Shown here piece after piece: positions 37,415 through 46,892 of a DNA stretch of 64,000 bases. Position 1 is the first letter of the stretch. Each line of letters opens with the position of its first letter. The notes below the pieces were generated by a model that was not told the origin of the DNA, made no database searches, and saw only the letters and a program-made list of their open reading frames with translations. The position numbers and the translations under genes were made by a program. The DNA is taken from the NCBI GenBank assembly GCA_963796575.1, contig CAWCMG010000017.1, forward strand, positions 245,234 to 309,233, read 5' to 3'. The DNA is from an uncultured Solirubrobacterales bacterium (GTDB lineage: Bacteria; Actinomycetota; Thermoleophilia; Solirubrobacterales; Solirubrobacteraceae).

Positions 37415-38716
37415 TTACTCCGGATCGAGGTCGAACGCGATCCCGGCGATCTCGACCTCGTCGCCCGGCTCGAACCCTTCGGCCTCGAGCGCGCGGATCA
37501 CACCGATCCCGCGGAGCCTCCGCTCGAGGTAAGCGAGCGCGTCGTCGTTGTCGAGGTCATAGCGGGCGACCAGCCGCTCGATCCCCTTGCCCGTGACTCG
37601 GTACGCGCGATCACCGACCTTCACGACCCGGTACGAGCGGTCCGCCGCCGGCCGGAACACGCGGTGCTCCGCGAGCTCGTCGCCGACCGGGGCGCCCGCA
37701 CCGTCCGGCGCGGCCTCCGCCGTCTCCTCCGGTACCAGCCGTGTCAGCTCGCCGGCGAGCTGGGCGAGCCCGAGCCCTGTGGCTGACGAGGTCACGACCA
37801 CCGGCGTCTCCGGACCCAGCCGCTCGGCCCAGGCAACCCGCGCTGTCTCTCGCGCCACCTCGTCGACCAGGTCCGCCTTGGACAGGGCGAGCACGCGCGG
37901 CAGCACCGACAGGCGTGGGTTGTGCAGCTCGAGCTCGCGCTCGACAGTCGCGTAATTCGCCTTCGGATCCGAGCCGTCGAGCGGGGCGAGGTCGAGCACA
38001 TGCACGAGCACCCGGGTCCGCTCGATGTGGGCGAGGAAGTCGTGCCCGAGCCCCGCGCCGGCGCTGGCGCCCTCGATCAGGCCGGGGATGTCCGCGATCA
38101 CCAGCTGGCGGTCGTCGGTCTCGAGCGTCCCGAGCGCCGGCTCGAGCGTGGTGAACGGGTAGTCGGCGACCTTGGGGTGGGCGCGGGTGAGGCGGCCGAG
38201 CAGCGACGACTTGCCGGCGTTGGGCAGTCCGACCAGCCCGACGTCGGCGAGCAGCTTCAGCTGCAGCGTGATCCACGTCTCCGAGCCCGGGAGCCCCTTT
38301 TCGGCGAACCGGGGCGTCTGGTGGGTGGGGCCGGCGAAGCGCTTGTTCCCGCGGCCTCCCGGGCCCCCTCGCGCCACCACCGCCCGTTGCCCGGGCCGCA
38401 CCAGGTCGTGCACCGTGCCGTCGGCCTCGACGCGAGCCTCGGTCCCCGGGGGCACGTGGATCTCGAGCGTCTCTCCATCCTTGCCGTGGCGCAGGGACCC
38501 TTCCCCGTGTCCGCCGCGGCGCGCCTTGAAGTGCGACCTGCGCCGGAAGCTCTCGAGATCGCGCAGCGAGTCGTCGCACACGAGCACGACGTCGCCGCCG
38601 CGGCCGCCGTCCCCCCCGTTCGGCCCGCCCTTGGGCACGTGCGCCTCGCGGCGGAAGCTGAGGCAGCCGTCGCCGCCGCCACCGGCCTGGACGTGGATTC
38701 GCGCGCGGTCCTGCAT
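37415..38716 (-). CDS. obg: GTPase Obg/CgtA
   Basis: 433 aa. Obg fold with Gly-rich repeats (GGGGDGCLSFRRE...GGPNGGDGGRGG), G1 GLPNAGKSSL, and a C-terminal OCT-like domain. Confidence 0.95.
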   Translation of the reverse strand: MQDRARIHVQAGGGGDGCLSFRREAHVPKGGPNGGDGGRGGDVVLVCDDSLRDLESFRRRSHFKARRGGHGEGSLRHGKDGETLEIHVPPGTEARVEADGTVHDLVRPGQRAVVARGGPGGRGNKRFAGPTHQTPRFAEKGLPGSETWITLQLKLLADVGLVGLPNAGKSSLLGRLTRAHPKVADYPFTTLEPALGTLETDDRQLVIADIPGLIEGASAGAGLGHDFLAHIERTRVLVHVLDLAPLDGSDPKANYATVERELELHNPRLSVLPRVLALSKADLVDEVARETARVAWAERLGPETPVVVTSSATGLGLAQLAGELTRLVPEETAEAAPDGAGAPVGDELAEHRVFRPAADRSYRVVKVGDRAYRVTGKGIERLVARYDLDNDDALAYLERRLRGIGVIRALEAEGFEPGDEVEIAGIAFDLDPE

Positions 38717-38730
38717 GGAATCATCCTGGC

Positions 38731-39417
38731 ATGTCCGATCCAGTCTTCCTGATCACCGGCGCCTCGAGTGGGATCGGCGCCGCCACCGCGCGCCAGGCGG
38801 CGCAGGCCGGCTACCGCGTCGTGCTCGCCGCGCGCTCGGCCGACCGGCTGCAGGAGCTCGCCGCCGAGCTGGGCGGCGAGGAGCGCGCGCTCGCGCTCGA
38901 GTGCGACGTCACCGAGTGGGACCAGCAGCAGGCGATGGTCCGGTCCACGCTCGACCGCTACGGCCGTCTCGACGTGGCGTTCGCGAACGCCGGCTTCGGC
39001 GCGGCGCGCGGGTTCCTCAACGAAACGCCCGAGTTCTGGCGCTCGATGGTGCTGACCAACGTGTACGGAGTGGCGCTGACGATCAGGGCCACGATCACAC
39101 CGCTCAAGGAGGCCCGCGGACATCTGCTGCTCACCGGTTCGCTGGCGGGTCGGCGGGCGCTGCCGGGCTCGCTGTACTCCGCCACCAAATGGGCGGTGAC
39201 CGCGATGGGCGAGGCCGCGCGGCTCGAGCTCAACGAGACCGGCGTGCGAGTGACGCTGATCGAGCCCGGGATGGTGGACACGCCGTTCTTCGACGACCCG
39301 GGCCAAGGCAGGCTCGAAGCCGATGACGTGGCGCGCACGGTGATGTTCGCGGTCTCACAGCCGCCGCACGTGGACGTCAACGAGATCCTGGTCAGGCCGA
39401 CCGCGCAGTCGAACTGA
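38731..39417 (+). CDS. SDR family oxidoreductase
   Basis: 228 aa. TGASSGIGAATA and YSATKWAV (YxxxK). Confidence 0.85.
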   Translation: MSDPVFLITGASSGIGAATARQAAQAGYRVVLAARSADRLQELAAELGGEERALALECDVTEWDQQQAMVRSTLDRYGRLDVAFANAGFGAARGFLNETPEFWRSMVLTNVYGVALTIRATITPLKEARGHLLLTGSLAGRRALPGSLYSATKWAVTAMGEAARLELNETGVRVTLIEPGMVDTPFFDDPGQGRLEADDVARTVMFAVSQPPHVDVNEILVRPTAQSN

Positions 39418-40285
39418 GCCGCCCGATCACGTCGCCGGCCACCAGCACCGCCTGCTCCTCCAACTGAACCGTGCCGTAGCGCAGCACGTCGAATCCGGCC
39501 GCCCGCAGGGTGAGCTCGTTGCTCCGGTCGCGCTGGATCTGCGCCCACGAGCTGTGGTTGTCGCGTCCGTCGAGCTCGACCACCAACCTCTGCTTCCACC
39601 ACACCGCGTCGACCAGGACGCCGGCGATCCGGACGTTGACATCGTCCGGGAGCGGGATCCCGTAGGACTCGCACAGCGGCAGGAATAGACGCTCGAGCGG
39701 GCTGCGGGTGGTGGCGAGCTTCGGTTCGTGGCGTTCGAGCGCCTTGCGGAGCTTGGTGCTCCCGGCACGACCGGTACCGGCAGTCACCTGGAGTGCGGAG
39801 ATATCGAGCACCTGCAGGTAGTCCGCCACCGACAGCGCATACCGGACGCGTTCGAGCGGTGCCCGCGCGGCGAAGTCGAGCAGCGCTTGCTCGATCGTGG
39901 TCACCGGCAAGTCCTTGTGCCACACCCGGCCGCAGTTTCGCCGCCCGTACACCCGCACCCCGTGTAGCGACCGGCATCGCCGCGGCGTGCTCACCTCGAT
40001 CGGCCAGGGCTGCCTGTCGATCAGGCCGCGCCACCACAGCGCGGTGGCGTGGCTGAGCATCGCGCCCGGGCCGGCGTACAGCACCGCGGCGGTCAGACCG
40101 GCCTCGACGCTCGGCGCTCGGTGCCCGACCGCGTATACGCGCGGATGCACGTGGTGGAGGTAGCCGTCGCTCACCCATCTCGCGACCACGACGCTCTCCA
40201 CCCCGAGCGCCATGAGTTGCGCCCAGCTCACGCGCCCCGCCTGACGGTCGGCCAGCGCGAGGAGTTTGGCGCTGCGACTACGCAT
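39392..40285 (-). CDS. DUF559 (Vsr-like endonuclease fold) protein with an AbiEi_4-like N-terminal domain
   Basis: 297 aa. The N-terminus (LLALADRQAGRVSWAQLMALGVESVVVARWVSDGYLHHVHPRVYAVG) and C-terminus (VDAVWWKQRLVVELDGRDNHSS...RDRSNELTLRAAGFDVLRY) are typical of this widespread actinobacterial family. Its convergent 26-nt overlap with the SDR gene is tolerable. Confidence 0.72.
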   Translation of the reverse strand: MRSRSAKLLALADRQAGRVSWAQLMALGVESVVVARWVSDGYLHHVHPRVYAVGHRAPSVEAGLTAAVLYAGPGAMLSHATALWWRGLIDRQPWPIEVSTPRRCRSLHGVRVYGRRNCGRVWHKDLPVTTIEQALLDFAARAPLERVRYALSVADYLQVLDISALQVTAGTGRAGSTKLRKALERHEPKLATTRSPLERLFLPLCESYGIPLPDDVNVRIAGVLVDAVWWKQRLVVELDGRDNHSSWAQIQRDRSNELTLRAAGFDVLRYGTVQLEEQAVLVAGDVIGRLSSTARSA

Positions 40286-40351
40286 TTGTTAGCTGGAACG
40301 CCATCGGCCGAAGGATCCGCCGACCCATGTGACGAAACAAGACGCCAACCC

Positions 40352-40762
40352 GTGCCAAAACTGCTCACAGACTTCAAGAAGTTCCTGATGCGCGGCAACG
40401 TCGTCGACCTCGCGGTCGCGGTCGTGATCGGCACAGCGTTCACCGCCGTGGTCAAGGCCCTCGTCTCCGACCTCATCACGCCGATCGTCGCCGCGATCTT
40501 CGGCAAGCCGAGCTTCGAGAGTCTCGCGTTCACGATCAACGGCAGCCACTTCGCCTACGGCGACTTCCTCAACAACGTGCTCGCGTTCGTGACGATCGCG
40601 GCTGCCGTGTTCTTCCTGATCGTGGCGCCGATCAACGCGCTGATGGCGCGCCGGGCCAAGGAGGATCCGGACACCAAGGAGTGCCCGGAGTGCACGAGCG
40701 CGATCCCGGTCAAGGCCAAGCGCTGCCCCCTCTGCACCTCGCAGCTCGTTATGGCTGATTAG
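40352..40762 (+). CDS. mscL: Large-conductance mechanosensitive channel MscL with a C-terminal CxxC-x12-CxxC zinc-ribbon
   Basis: LLTDFKKFLMRGNVVDLAVAVVIGTAFTAVV... is the MscL signature. Start trimmed to GTG 40352 in track ORF 40049..40762. The tail is KECPECTSAIPVKAKRCPLCTSQL. Confidence 0.85.
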   Translation: MPKLLTDFKKFLMRGNVVDLAVAVVIGTAFTAVVKALVSDLITPIVAAIFGKPSFESLAFTINGSHFAYGDFLNNVLAFVTIAAAVFFLIVAPINALMARRAKEDPDTKECPECTSAIPVKAKRCPLCTSQLVMAD

Positions 40763-40845
40763 GGGCCGCGCTGGCGCGCGTCATCCATGGGGCCGTTCCG
40801 CCGGGCGTCCATGCCCGGCGGCGCCGGGCAACCGTTGCCGGCGCC
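40758..40845. repeat. Solo end of the MITE/REP-like family plus a terminal palindrome (candidate bidirectional terminator)
   Basis: ATTAGGGGCCGCGCTGGCGCG plus CATCCATGGGGCCGTTCCGCCGGGCGTCCATGCCCGGCGG (40782-40821) is about 38/42 identical to the reverse complement of 17689-17730. It is followed by GGCGCCGGGCAAC-C-GTTGCCGGCGCC (40820-40845). The element fills the mscL-rpmA convergent gap. Confidence 0.65.
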
Positions 40846-41108
40846 TACGACTCCGAGTCGCCGGGAACGATCGAGATCACGCGACCGCGCCGGCCGCGCG
40901 TGAACTGCACGGTCCCGGCGTCCTGCGCGTAGATCGTGTCATCCTTCCCGATCCCGACGCCGTCGCCAGGCTTGAACTTCGTGCCGCGCTGGCGGACGAT
41001 GATCTCGCCACCGGTGACGGCCTCGCCGGCGAACACCTTCACGCCGAGACGCTTCGCGTGGGAGTCGCGCCCGTTCCGCGAGGAGCCAAGTCCCTTCTTA
41101 TGAGCCAT
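40845..41108 (-). CDS. rpmA: 50S ribosomal protein L27
   Basis: 87 aa: [24 protein letters not shown]... Confidence 0.96.
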   Translation of the reverse strand: MAHKKGLGSSRNGRDSHAKRLGVKVFAGEAVTGGEIIVRQRGTKFKPGDGVGIGKDDTIYAQDAGTVQFTRGRRGRVISIVPGDSES

Positions 41109-41508
41109 CGTTCGCCTCCTCGGCAGGGGTGGGGTCGGCCGCGACGGGCGCCGGCTCGCGCGACGACCCGCGGCCGCCGTCCCGCGCGCTCGAAGACGCC
41201 AGCCCGAGTGAAGTCACCTCGATCCGGGTCAGATTCTGCCGGTGGCCGGTGCGCCGCTTGTAGCCGCGCTTGGGCTTGAACTTGACGACGCGGAGCTTCG
41301 GCCCGCGCTCGTGGGCGACCACGCGCGCCTCCACCGACACGCGCGACAAGTCGTCCCCGTCGACAACCTCGGCGCCGTCCACGAACAGCAGCGGCTGCAA
41401 CGAGATCGACTCGCCGTCGGCCGCGGGCAGCCGCTCGACGAGCAGGGTCAAACCCTGCTCGACGCGGTATTGCTTGCCGCCCGTCTTGACTATCGCGTAG
41501 GTGCTCAT
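41098..41508 (-). CDS. rplU: 50S ribosomal protein L21 (with a C-terminal extension)
   Basis: 136 aa: [19 protein letters not shown]...[16 protein letters not shown]. Confidence 0.93.
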   Translation of the reverse strand: MSTYAIVKTGGKQYRVEQGLTLLVERLPAADGESISLQPLLFVDGAEVVDGDDLSRVSVEARVVAHERGPKLRVVKFKPKRGYKRRTGHRQNLTRIEVTSLGLASSSARDGGRGSSREPAPVAADPTPAEEANDGS

Positions 41509-43445
41509 TCGGATGACGAAGTGCTCGAGGCCGACTCGGCCTTAGCGCCGGAACGGCGTCGTCCGCCTCTGCGGCCACGACGCCGAGACTTCGATTCTAG
41601 TTCATCCCCCGAGCCATCCCCGTCGCGGTCGCCGTTCGACGACGCCGCCACCGACGCCGGCACGTCGAGCAGCGAGGCCACCGCCTCGGTCCGTCCAGCC
41701 TCCTCGATCCGCACCAGGTGCTTCTCGCCGACGTAGTCGCCGCCTCCGGTGATCGAGATTATGTAACCGTCGACCTTCGCCACCGCATCGCCGGGGCTGT
41801 ACATGTGCGGCTCGACGATCTCAACGTGCACCTCCTCGCCGGCGCGGAACGGCACCGCGCGCTCGACGACGCGCTTCAGGTCGTCCTCGAGCACGACCGC
41901 GAAGTGATCGAGCGGCAGTCCCTCCGAGCCCTCGAAGTGGAACCACTTGCCGGTCTCCTCTTCGATCTGACGCAGCACGCGCGCGTCGTCGCGGGTGAAC
42001 TCGCCGCTGACGCGCGGGTTCATCTGGATCAGCAGCGCCTCGTCCTTGGTCTCCTTGGCCAGGTCGCGCATGCGCCGCTCGAACTCGATCGCGAGCGTCT
42101 CCTCGGACTTGATCACCCCGTCGCCGTGGCATGTCGGGCACGGGCGGGTCATGATCTCGCGCACGCCGTCGGTCACGTTCTGGCGGGTCATCTCGACCAG
42201 CCCGAGCGGCGAGATCTCGACCACGAACGTCTTCGTGCGGTCCTCGTCCAACGCGCCCCGCAGCACCTTCAGCACCGCGTCGCGGTTTCGCGCCCGCGCC
42301 ATGTCGATGAAGTCGATCACGATGATCCCGCCGATGTCGCGCAGCCGCAGCTGGCGCACGACCTCGTCGGCGGCCTCGAGGTTCGTCTTCGTAATCGTGT
42401 CCTCGAGCCGCGCCGACTTGCCCCGCCCCACGAACGAACCGGAGTTGACGTCGATCACGGTCAGTGCCTCGGCGTAGTCGATCATCAGGTAACCGCCGCT
42501 GGCCAGATCGACCCGGCGGGACATCGTCGAGTCGAGCACTTCCTCGACCCCGAACGCCTCGAACAGCGGCTGGTCCTCCTCCCACAGCTCGACGTGGTCG
42601 ACGAGCTCGGGCGCGGTGCGCGAGAAGAACGACACCAGCCGGTGGTGCTGCTTGGGATCGTCGACGATCGCCCGCTCGAATGCCGAGGAGAAGATGTCGC
42701 GCACGACCCGCACGGACAGGTCGGCCTCCTGGAAGACGAGCGCCGGCGCCGGCGTCTCGGCGACGCGCTTCTGCAACACCTCGTTCAGCTTGAACAGATA
42801 CAGCAGCTCGCGCTCCAAATCGGCCCGCATCGCCCCCTGGGCGGCGGTCCGGACGATCGCGCCGGCGCCCTTCAGATCGAGCTTCGCGGCCTCCTTGCGC
42901 AGCCGCTCACGCTCGCCGTCGTCGAGCCGGCGCGACACGCCGACGCCCTCGCCGTATGGCGCGTACACCATGTAGCGGCCGGCGATCGTGAGGTCCATGC
43001 TCAGGCGGGCACCCTTGGTCTTCAAGGGGTCCTTGACGACCTGGACGACGATCTCCTGGCCGGGCTTCAGCATGTCCGTGATCTGGCGGTGGTCGCGTCC
43101 GGTGCCACGGCCCCGGCGGGGCGCCTCGACCCCCGGCAGCACGATCTCGTCGACGTGCAGGAACCCGTTCTTCTCGAGGCCAATGTCGACGAACGCCGCC
43201 TCGAGGCCGCCGAGCACGTTGTCGACGCGTCCCTTGTAGATGTTCCCGACGATCGAGCGCGCGCCGCGGCGCTCGAGGTACAGCTCGGCTACGTGATAGC
43301 CGGCGGCCGGCTTGGACGTCTTGCGGCGCCGGCGGGTGGCGCCGGATTTCGGTGCGCTCTTACGAGCGGGTACGGATCCGGCCGCCTCGAGCAGCGCGAC
43401 CCGGGTCTCGCCCCGGTCGACGCTGACCAACACTTGCTTCTTCAA
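41505..43445 (-). CDS. rne: Ribonuclease E/G family endoribonuclease
   Basis: 646 aa. S1 domain GNIYKGRVDNVLGGLEAAFVDIG, catalytic core (IDVNSG...), Zn-link CPTCHGDG, and an Arg-rich C-terminal tail. TTG start with AAGGA 12 nt upstream. Confidence 0.9.
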   Translation of the reverse strand: MKKQVLVSVDRGETRVALLEAAGSVPARKSAPKSGATRRRRKTSKPAAGYHVAELYLERRGARSIVGNIYKGRVDNVLGGLEAAFVDIGLEKNGFLHVDEIVLPGVEAPRRGRGTGRDHRQITDMLKPGQEIVVQVVKDPLKTKGARLSMDLTIAGRYMVYAPYGEGVGVSRRLDDGERERLRKEAAKLDLKGAGAIVRTAAQGAMRADLERELLYLFKLNEVLQKRVAETPAPALVFQEADLSVRVVRDIFSSAFERAIVDDPKQHHRLVSFFSRTAPELVDHVELWEEDQPLFEAFGVEEVLDSTMSRRVDLASGGYLMIDYAEALTVIDVNSGSFVGRGKSARLEDTITKTNLEAADEVVRQLRLRDIGGIIVIDFIDMARARNRDAVLKVLRGALDEDRTKTFVVEISPLGLVEMTRQNVTDGVREIMTRPCPTCHGDGVIKSEETLAIEFERRMRDLAKETKDEALLIQMNPRVSGEFTRDDARVLRQIEEETGKWFHFEGSEGLPLDHFAVVLEDDLKRVVERAVPFRAGEEVHVEIVEPHMYSPGDAVAKVDGYIISITGGGDYVGEKHLVRIEEAGRTEAVASLLDVPASVAASSNGDRDGDGSGDELESKSRRRGRRGGRRRSGAKAESASSTSSSE

Positions 43446-43572
43446 TGCTCATTCAGTCCTTTGTGAAAGTTTGAGTACGTTCGCGGAGGCAGCGCGAGCT
43501 TTGAGAGCTCGATCCTCCGGTCGAACACGTGCCGCGCGCGGGGTGGGTGGGAACCCATTCCCGGGGCAGCGG

Positions 43573-44775
43573 TCATGACGAAACCAATCCTCGGGTCTTC
43601 GTCGCGGCAGTCATGCGTGCCTGCACACATATTGACTGTAGAAGGCCGATCGCGATGAACGTCACGAGCACAGAGGAGCCGCCGTAGCTCAGCAACGGCA
43701 GGGGGACTCCGGTGATCGGCATGATGCCGATCGTCATGCCCGTGTTGACGAACACCTGAAACATCAGCATGGCCAGGACGCCGCCCGCGATCAGCGTCCC
43801 GTACAGGTTCTTCGACATCGTGAGGATCCTGAGCGCCCGCCAGATCATCAATGCGTACAGCGACAGCACGACGGCAGCGCCGACGAAGCCGTACGTCTCG
43901 CCGACCACGGCGAAGATGAAATCGGTGCTCGGTGCGGGCAGGAAGTGCAGGTTCACCTGCGACGCGCCCGCGGTACCCAGTCCGGTCTTCCCGCCGGATC
44001 CGATCGCGGTCAATGACTCCGTGATGTTGTACGTCTGGTTGCGGGGATCGTGGGAGGGATGCAGAAAGCCCGTCAGGCGCTGCATCTGATAAGTCTTGAG
44101 GAGGTGGTGGCCGGTCGCCGGCGCTACCACGAGCACGATCACGATCGCCGCCACGAACAGCACCACCAGGCCGGTGAGCTGCTTCCACGAGGTGCCGGCG
44201 AAGAACAGGATCGCGAACCCCGCCGCGACGTAGACGAGCGCCGTGCCGAGGTCCGGCTGCGGGATCACGATCATCGCCGGGATCAGCGCGAGCAGCATGA
44301 TCCGTGCCGTCGTGCGCCGTTCGTGGAGCCGCCGCGAGCGGTCGACCGCGAACGCGGACACGGCCGCGATCAGCAGCACCTTTCCGAACTCGGACGACTG
44401 CAGCTGGAAGAACGGCAGCGGGATCCACCGCGCCGCGCCCTGGACGTGCGGCATCCCGAGCACGACCACGTTGAGCGCGATCATCAGGCCGTACAGGCCG
44501 TACTTGTACTCGCGCAGCCGCGAGTAGTCGAAGTGCGCCAACGCCAGCGCGATCGCCAGGCCGATCCCAAAGTAGATCGCCTGGCGCTCGGCGAAGTACA
44601 TGTGATTCGCCGGGTCGAGCGACGGGCCCTCGCCCTTCAACATGATGAAAGAGCACGCGGCCAGCCCGAGCGCCGCCAGCAGCAGCAGCGGATCCATCCG
44701 CAGCCACACCCGCGGGCGGGGGGCCGCCGCCACCTCGTCGGCCGGCCGGATCGACTGGGCGCCCACCGCGCTCAC
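43573..44775 (-). CDS. rodA: Peptidoglycan glycosyltransferase RodA (SEDS family)
   Basis: FtsW/RodA/SpoVE-type polytopic protein downstream of mrdA. Start placed at GTG 44775, which overlaps the mrdA TGA (GTGA). The track start is 44826. Confidence 0.88.
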   Translation of the reverse strand: MSAVGAQSIRPADEVAAAPRPRVWLRMDPLLLLAALGLAACSFIMLKGEGPSLDPANHMYFAERQAIYFGIGLAIALALAHFDYSRLREYKYGLYGLMIALNVVVLGMPHVQGAARWIPLPFFQLQSSEFGKVLLIAAVSAFAVDRSRRLHERRTTARIMLLALIPAMIVIPQPDLGTALVYVAAGFAILFFAGTSWKQLTGLVVLFVAAIVIVLVVAPATGHHLLKTYQMQRLTGFLHPSHDPRNQTYNITESLTAIGSGGKTGLGTAGASQVNLHFLPAPSTDFIFAVVGETYGFVGAAVVLSLYALMIWRALRILTMSKNLYGTLIAGGVLAMLMFQVFVNTGMTIGIMPITGVPLPLLSYGGSSVLVTFIAIGLLQSICVQARMTAATKTRGLVSS

Positions 44776-46892
44776 AACGTCTGCGAGTTCCCGGGCGTGT
44801 ACTGGCCCTTGTTGCCGAAGAACCACTGCGAGAGGATCTGGCGCGCCACCGGCGCCGCGCCGACCGCGCCGAACCCGCCCTGTTCGACGGTCACGACGAC
44901 CACGATCGGCTTGCTCGTCGCGCTCGGCGGAACGAAGCAGGCGTACCAGGCGTAGTCCTGCTGGCCGTTGTACTGCGCCGTGCCGGTCTTGCCGTACACC
45001 TGCTCGGGGAAGTTGCCGAACACGTCGGCCGATGTTCCGCCCGGCTGCGAGGCTGCCTCGCGCAGGCCGGTGAGGATCGTGTTGCGGTACAGCGGATCGA
45101 GGTTGAGGTGTCGCTTGGGGGCGGGGTTGAACGAGCGGAGGATGACCCCGTTCGCGGTCTGCACGTCGAGCCCCAGGTGCGGGGTGACGACCGTCCCGTC
45201 GTTCGCCAGTGCCGAGTACGCCACCGCGAGCTGGAGCGGCGTGACCTGCACGTCACCCTGGCCGACGGCCAGGTTTTCGTTGTCGCCCGCCGACCACGGC
45301 CGGTCGGTCCCGTCGGCGAGCCCGCAGCCGCCCGGCGGATGCTTCTGGCTCCGGTGCCAGCCCTCGAGCTTGCGCGGCCCGGTGGTGACGCCATTGGTGT
45401 ACTTGAATGGGCCGGTGGCGTCGTCGCACTCGGCCTCGAGCTCGTTGCGCTGCGAACGCCAATCGGCGTCCGGCAGGGTTCCCGCGCTCTCGTCGGGGAG
45501 ATCGATCCCGCTCTTCTGCCCGATCCCGTACTGGCGCGCCCAGTTCTGGAGCGGGCCGCCGTTCGGGGCGGGCGAGTTGGTCAGCACGCCCAAGTTGTAG
45601 AAGAAGTCGTCGGAGGAGACCTTGATCGCGTTCACGAGGTCGAGCGAGCCGTCGACCGCATTGCCGGCGTTGTGCCGGCACTGGCCGCTGAAGCAGTACT
45701 GGCCGGTGTCGTCGAAAACGCTTCCGACGCCCCATGCACCGCTCTCGAGCGCCGCGGTGGCGGTGATCGGCTTGAACGTGGAGCCGGTCGGGCCCGCGCT
45801 CTGGTAGGCGCGGTTGACCTGCGGGTCGCCCGAGTTGGGGCCGAACAGCGCATCGTAGGTCGAGGTCGGCACCGGCTTGGTAAACACGTTCGCGTCATAC
45901 GTGGGCAGCGAGCCCATCGCGTAGATCTTGCCGTTGTCCGGGTTCATGGCCACGAACGCGCCGCCATTGGCTGGATAGTTGTTGTCGATCGACTGTTGGA
46001 GCGCCTGCTGGCCGACTTTCTGAAGGTTCACGTTCAGCGACAGCTTGAGGTTGTCGCCCGCCTGCGGAGCGGTCTGCGACTGCACGCCGATGAAGTTGCC
46101 GAACGCGTCGACCTTGACCTTCTCGGCGCCGTCGACCCCGCGCAGGTAGCGGTCATACGACGCCTCCAGGCCGGACTGACCGACCGAGTCGTTCTCGTTG
46201 ACGCCCTTGTAGAACGGATCGAGTGTCTCGGGGCCGGTGATCCGGCTGACGAGTCCGAGCGCCTGGGAGGCGAGGTCGTCGAACGGGTACGTCCGCTGGT
46301 AGATCTGCTGGACGGTCACGCCCGGGAACGAGGACTGGCGCTCGGAGATGTACCAGAGCTGCTGGCTGTTGATGTCGCTGGCGACGGTGGCCTCGCCGTA
46401 GGACAGCTGCACGTATCCCTGCGCGACACGGCAGGCGATCACGGACATGTGGAGCATCCCGTGGCCGTTCACCGGACACGGCTGCCGCTTTGACGGCAGC
46501 CCGAGCACGCCGGCCAGGCGGTCGTACAGCAGGGCATCCGGCCGGGGCGGGTGCGCGAGGTTCTGATCGGTAACCGGGACCGGCAGGCTGGGTGGCGAGA
46601 TCTCGACGGCGTAGGCGCGGCGACTCGAGGCCAGGATCTGGCCGCTCGAGTCGAGGATCTCGCCTCGCGGCGCCGGGACATTGACGTCGCGGACGAAGTT
46701 CACGCTGGCCGCGTGCGCGTACTGATTAGTCGAGAGCACCTGCAGGAACCACAGGCGGAAAAACAGGATCGCGAAGATCGCGAGCGCGAACGTCCCGATC
46801 ATCGCCACCCGCAGCGCGAGCTGCGGGTTCATCGTCGGCCGCTCTTCCTGCTTGACGAACCGCAGCTGCTTGTCTTCGGGAAGCGGGCTCAT
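44772..46892 (-). CDS. mrdA: Penicillin-binding protein 2 (elongasome transpeptidase)
   Basis: N-terminal TM helix (LALRVAMIGTFALAIFAILFF), PBP dimerisation domain, and the active-site STFK (GSTFKPIT). Start trimmed to ATG 46892, which overlaps the mreD TGA. The upstream part of track ORF 44772..47348 is Arg-rich and overlaps mreD. Confidence 0.9.
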   Translation of the reverse strand: MSPLPEDKQLRFVKQEERPTMNPQLALRVAMIGTFALAIFAILFFRLWFLQVLSTNQYAHAASVNFVRDVNVPAPRGEILDSSGQILASSRRAYAVEISPPSLPVPVTDQNLAHPPRPDALLYDRLAGVLGLPSKRQPCPVNGHGMLHMSVIACRVAQGYVQLSYGEATVASDINSQQLWYISERQSSFPGVTVQQIYQRTYPFDDLASQALGLVSRITGPETLDPFYKGVNENDSVGQSGLEASYDRYLRGVDGAEKVKVDAFGNFIGVQSQTAPQAGDNLKLSLNVNLQKVGQQALQQSIDNNYPANGGAFVAMNPDNGKIYAMGSLPTYDANVFTKPVPTSTYDALFGPNSGDPQVNRAYQSAGPTGSTFKPITATAALESGAWGVGSVFDDTGQYCFSGQCRHNAGNAVDGSLDLVNAIKVSSDDFFYNLGVLTNSPAPNGGPLQNWARQYGIGQKSGIDLPDESAGTLPDADWRSQRNELEAECDDATGPFKYTNGVTTGPRKLEGWHRSQKHPPGGCGLADGTDRPWSAGDNENLAVGQGDVQVTPLQLAVAYSALANDGTVVTPHLGLDVQTANGVILRSFNPAPKRHLNLDPLYRNTILTGLREAASQPGGTSADVFGNFPEQVYGKTGTAQYNGQQDYAWYACFVPPSATSKPIVVVVTVEQGGFGAVGAAPVARQILSQWFFGNKGQYTPGNSQTL

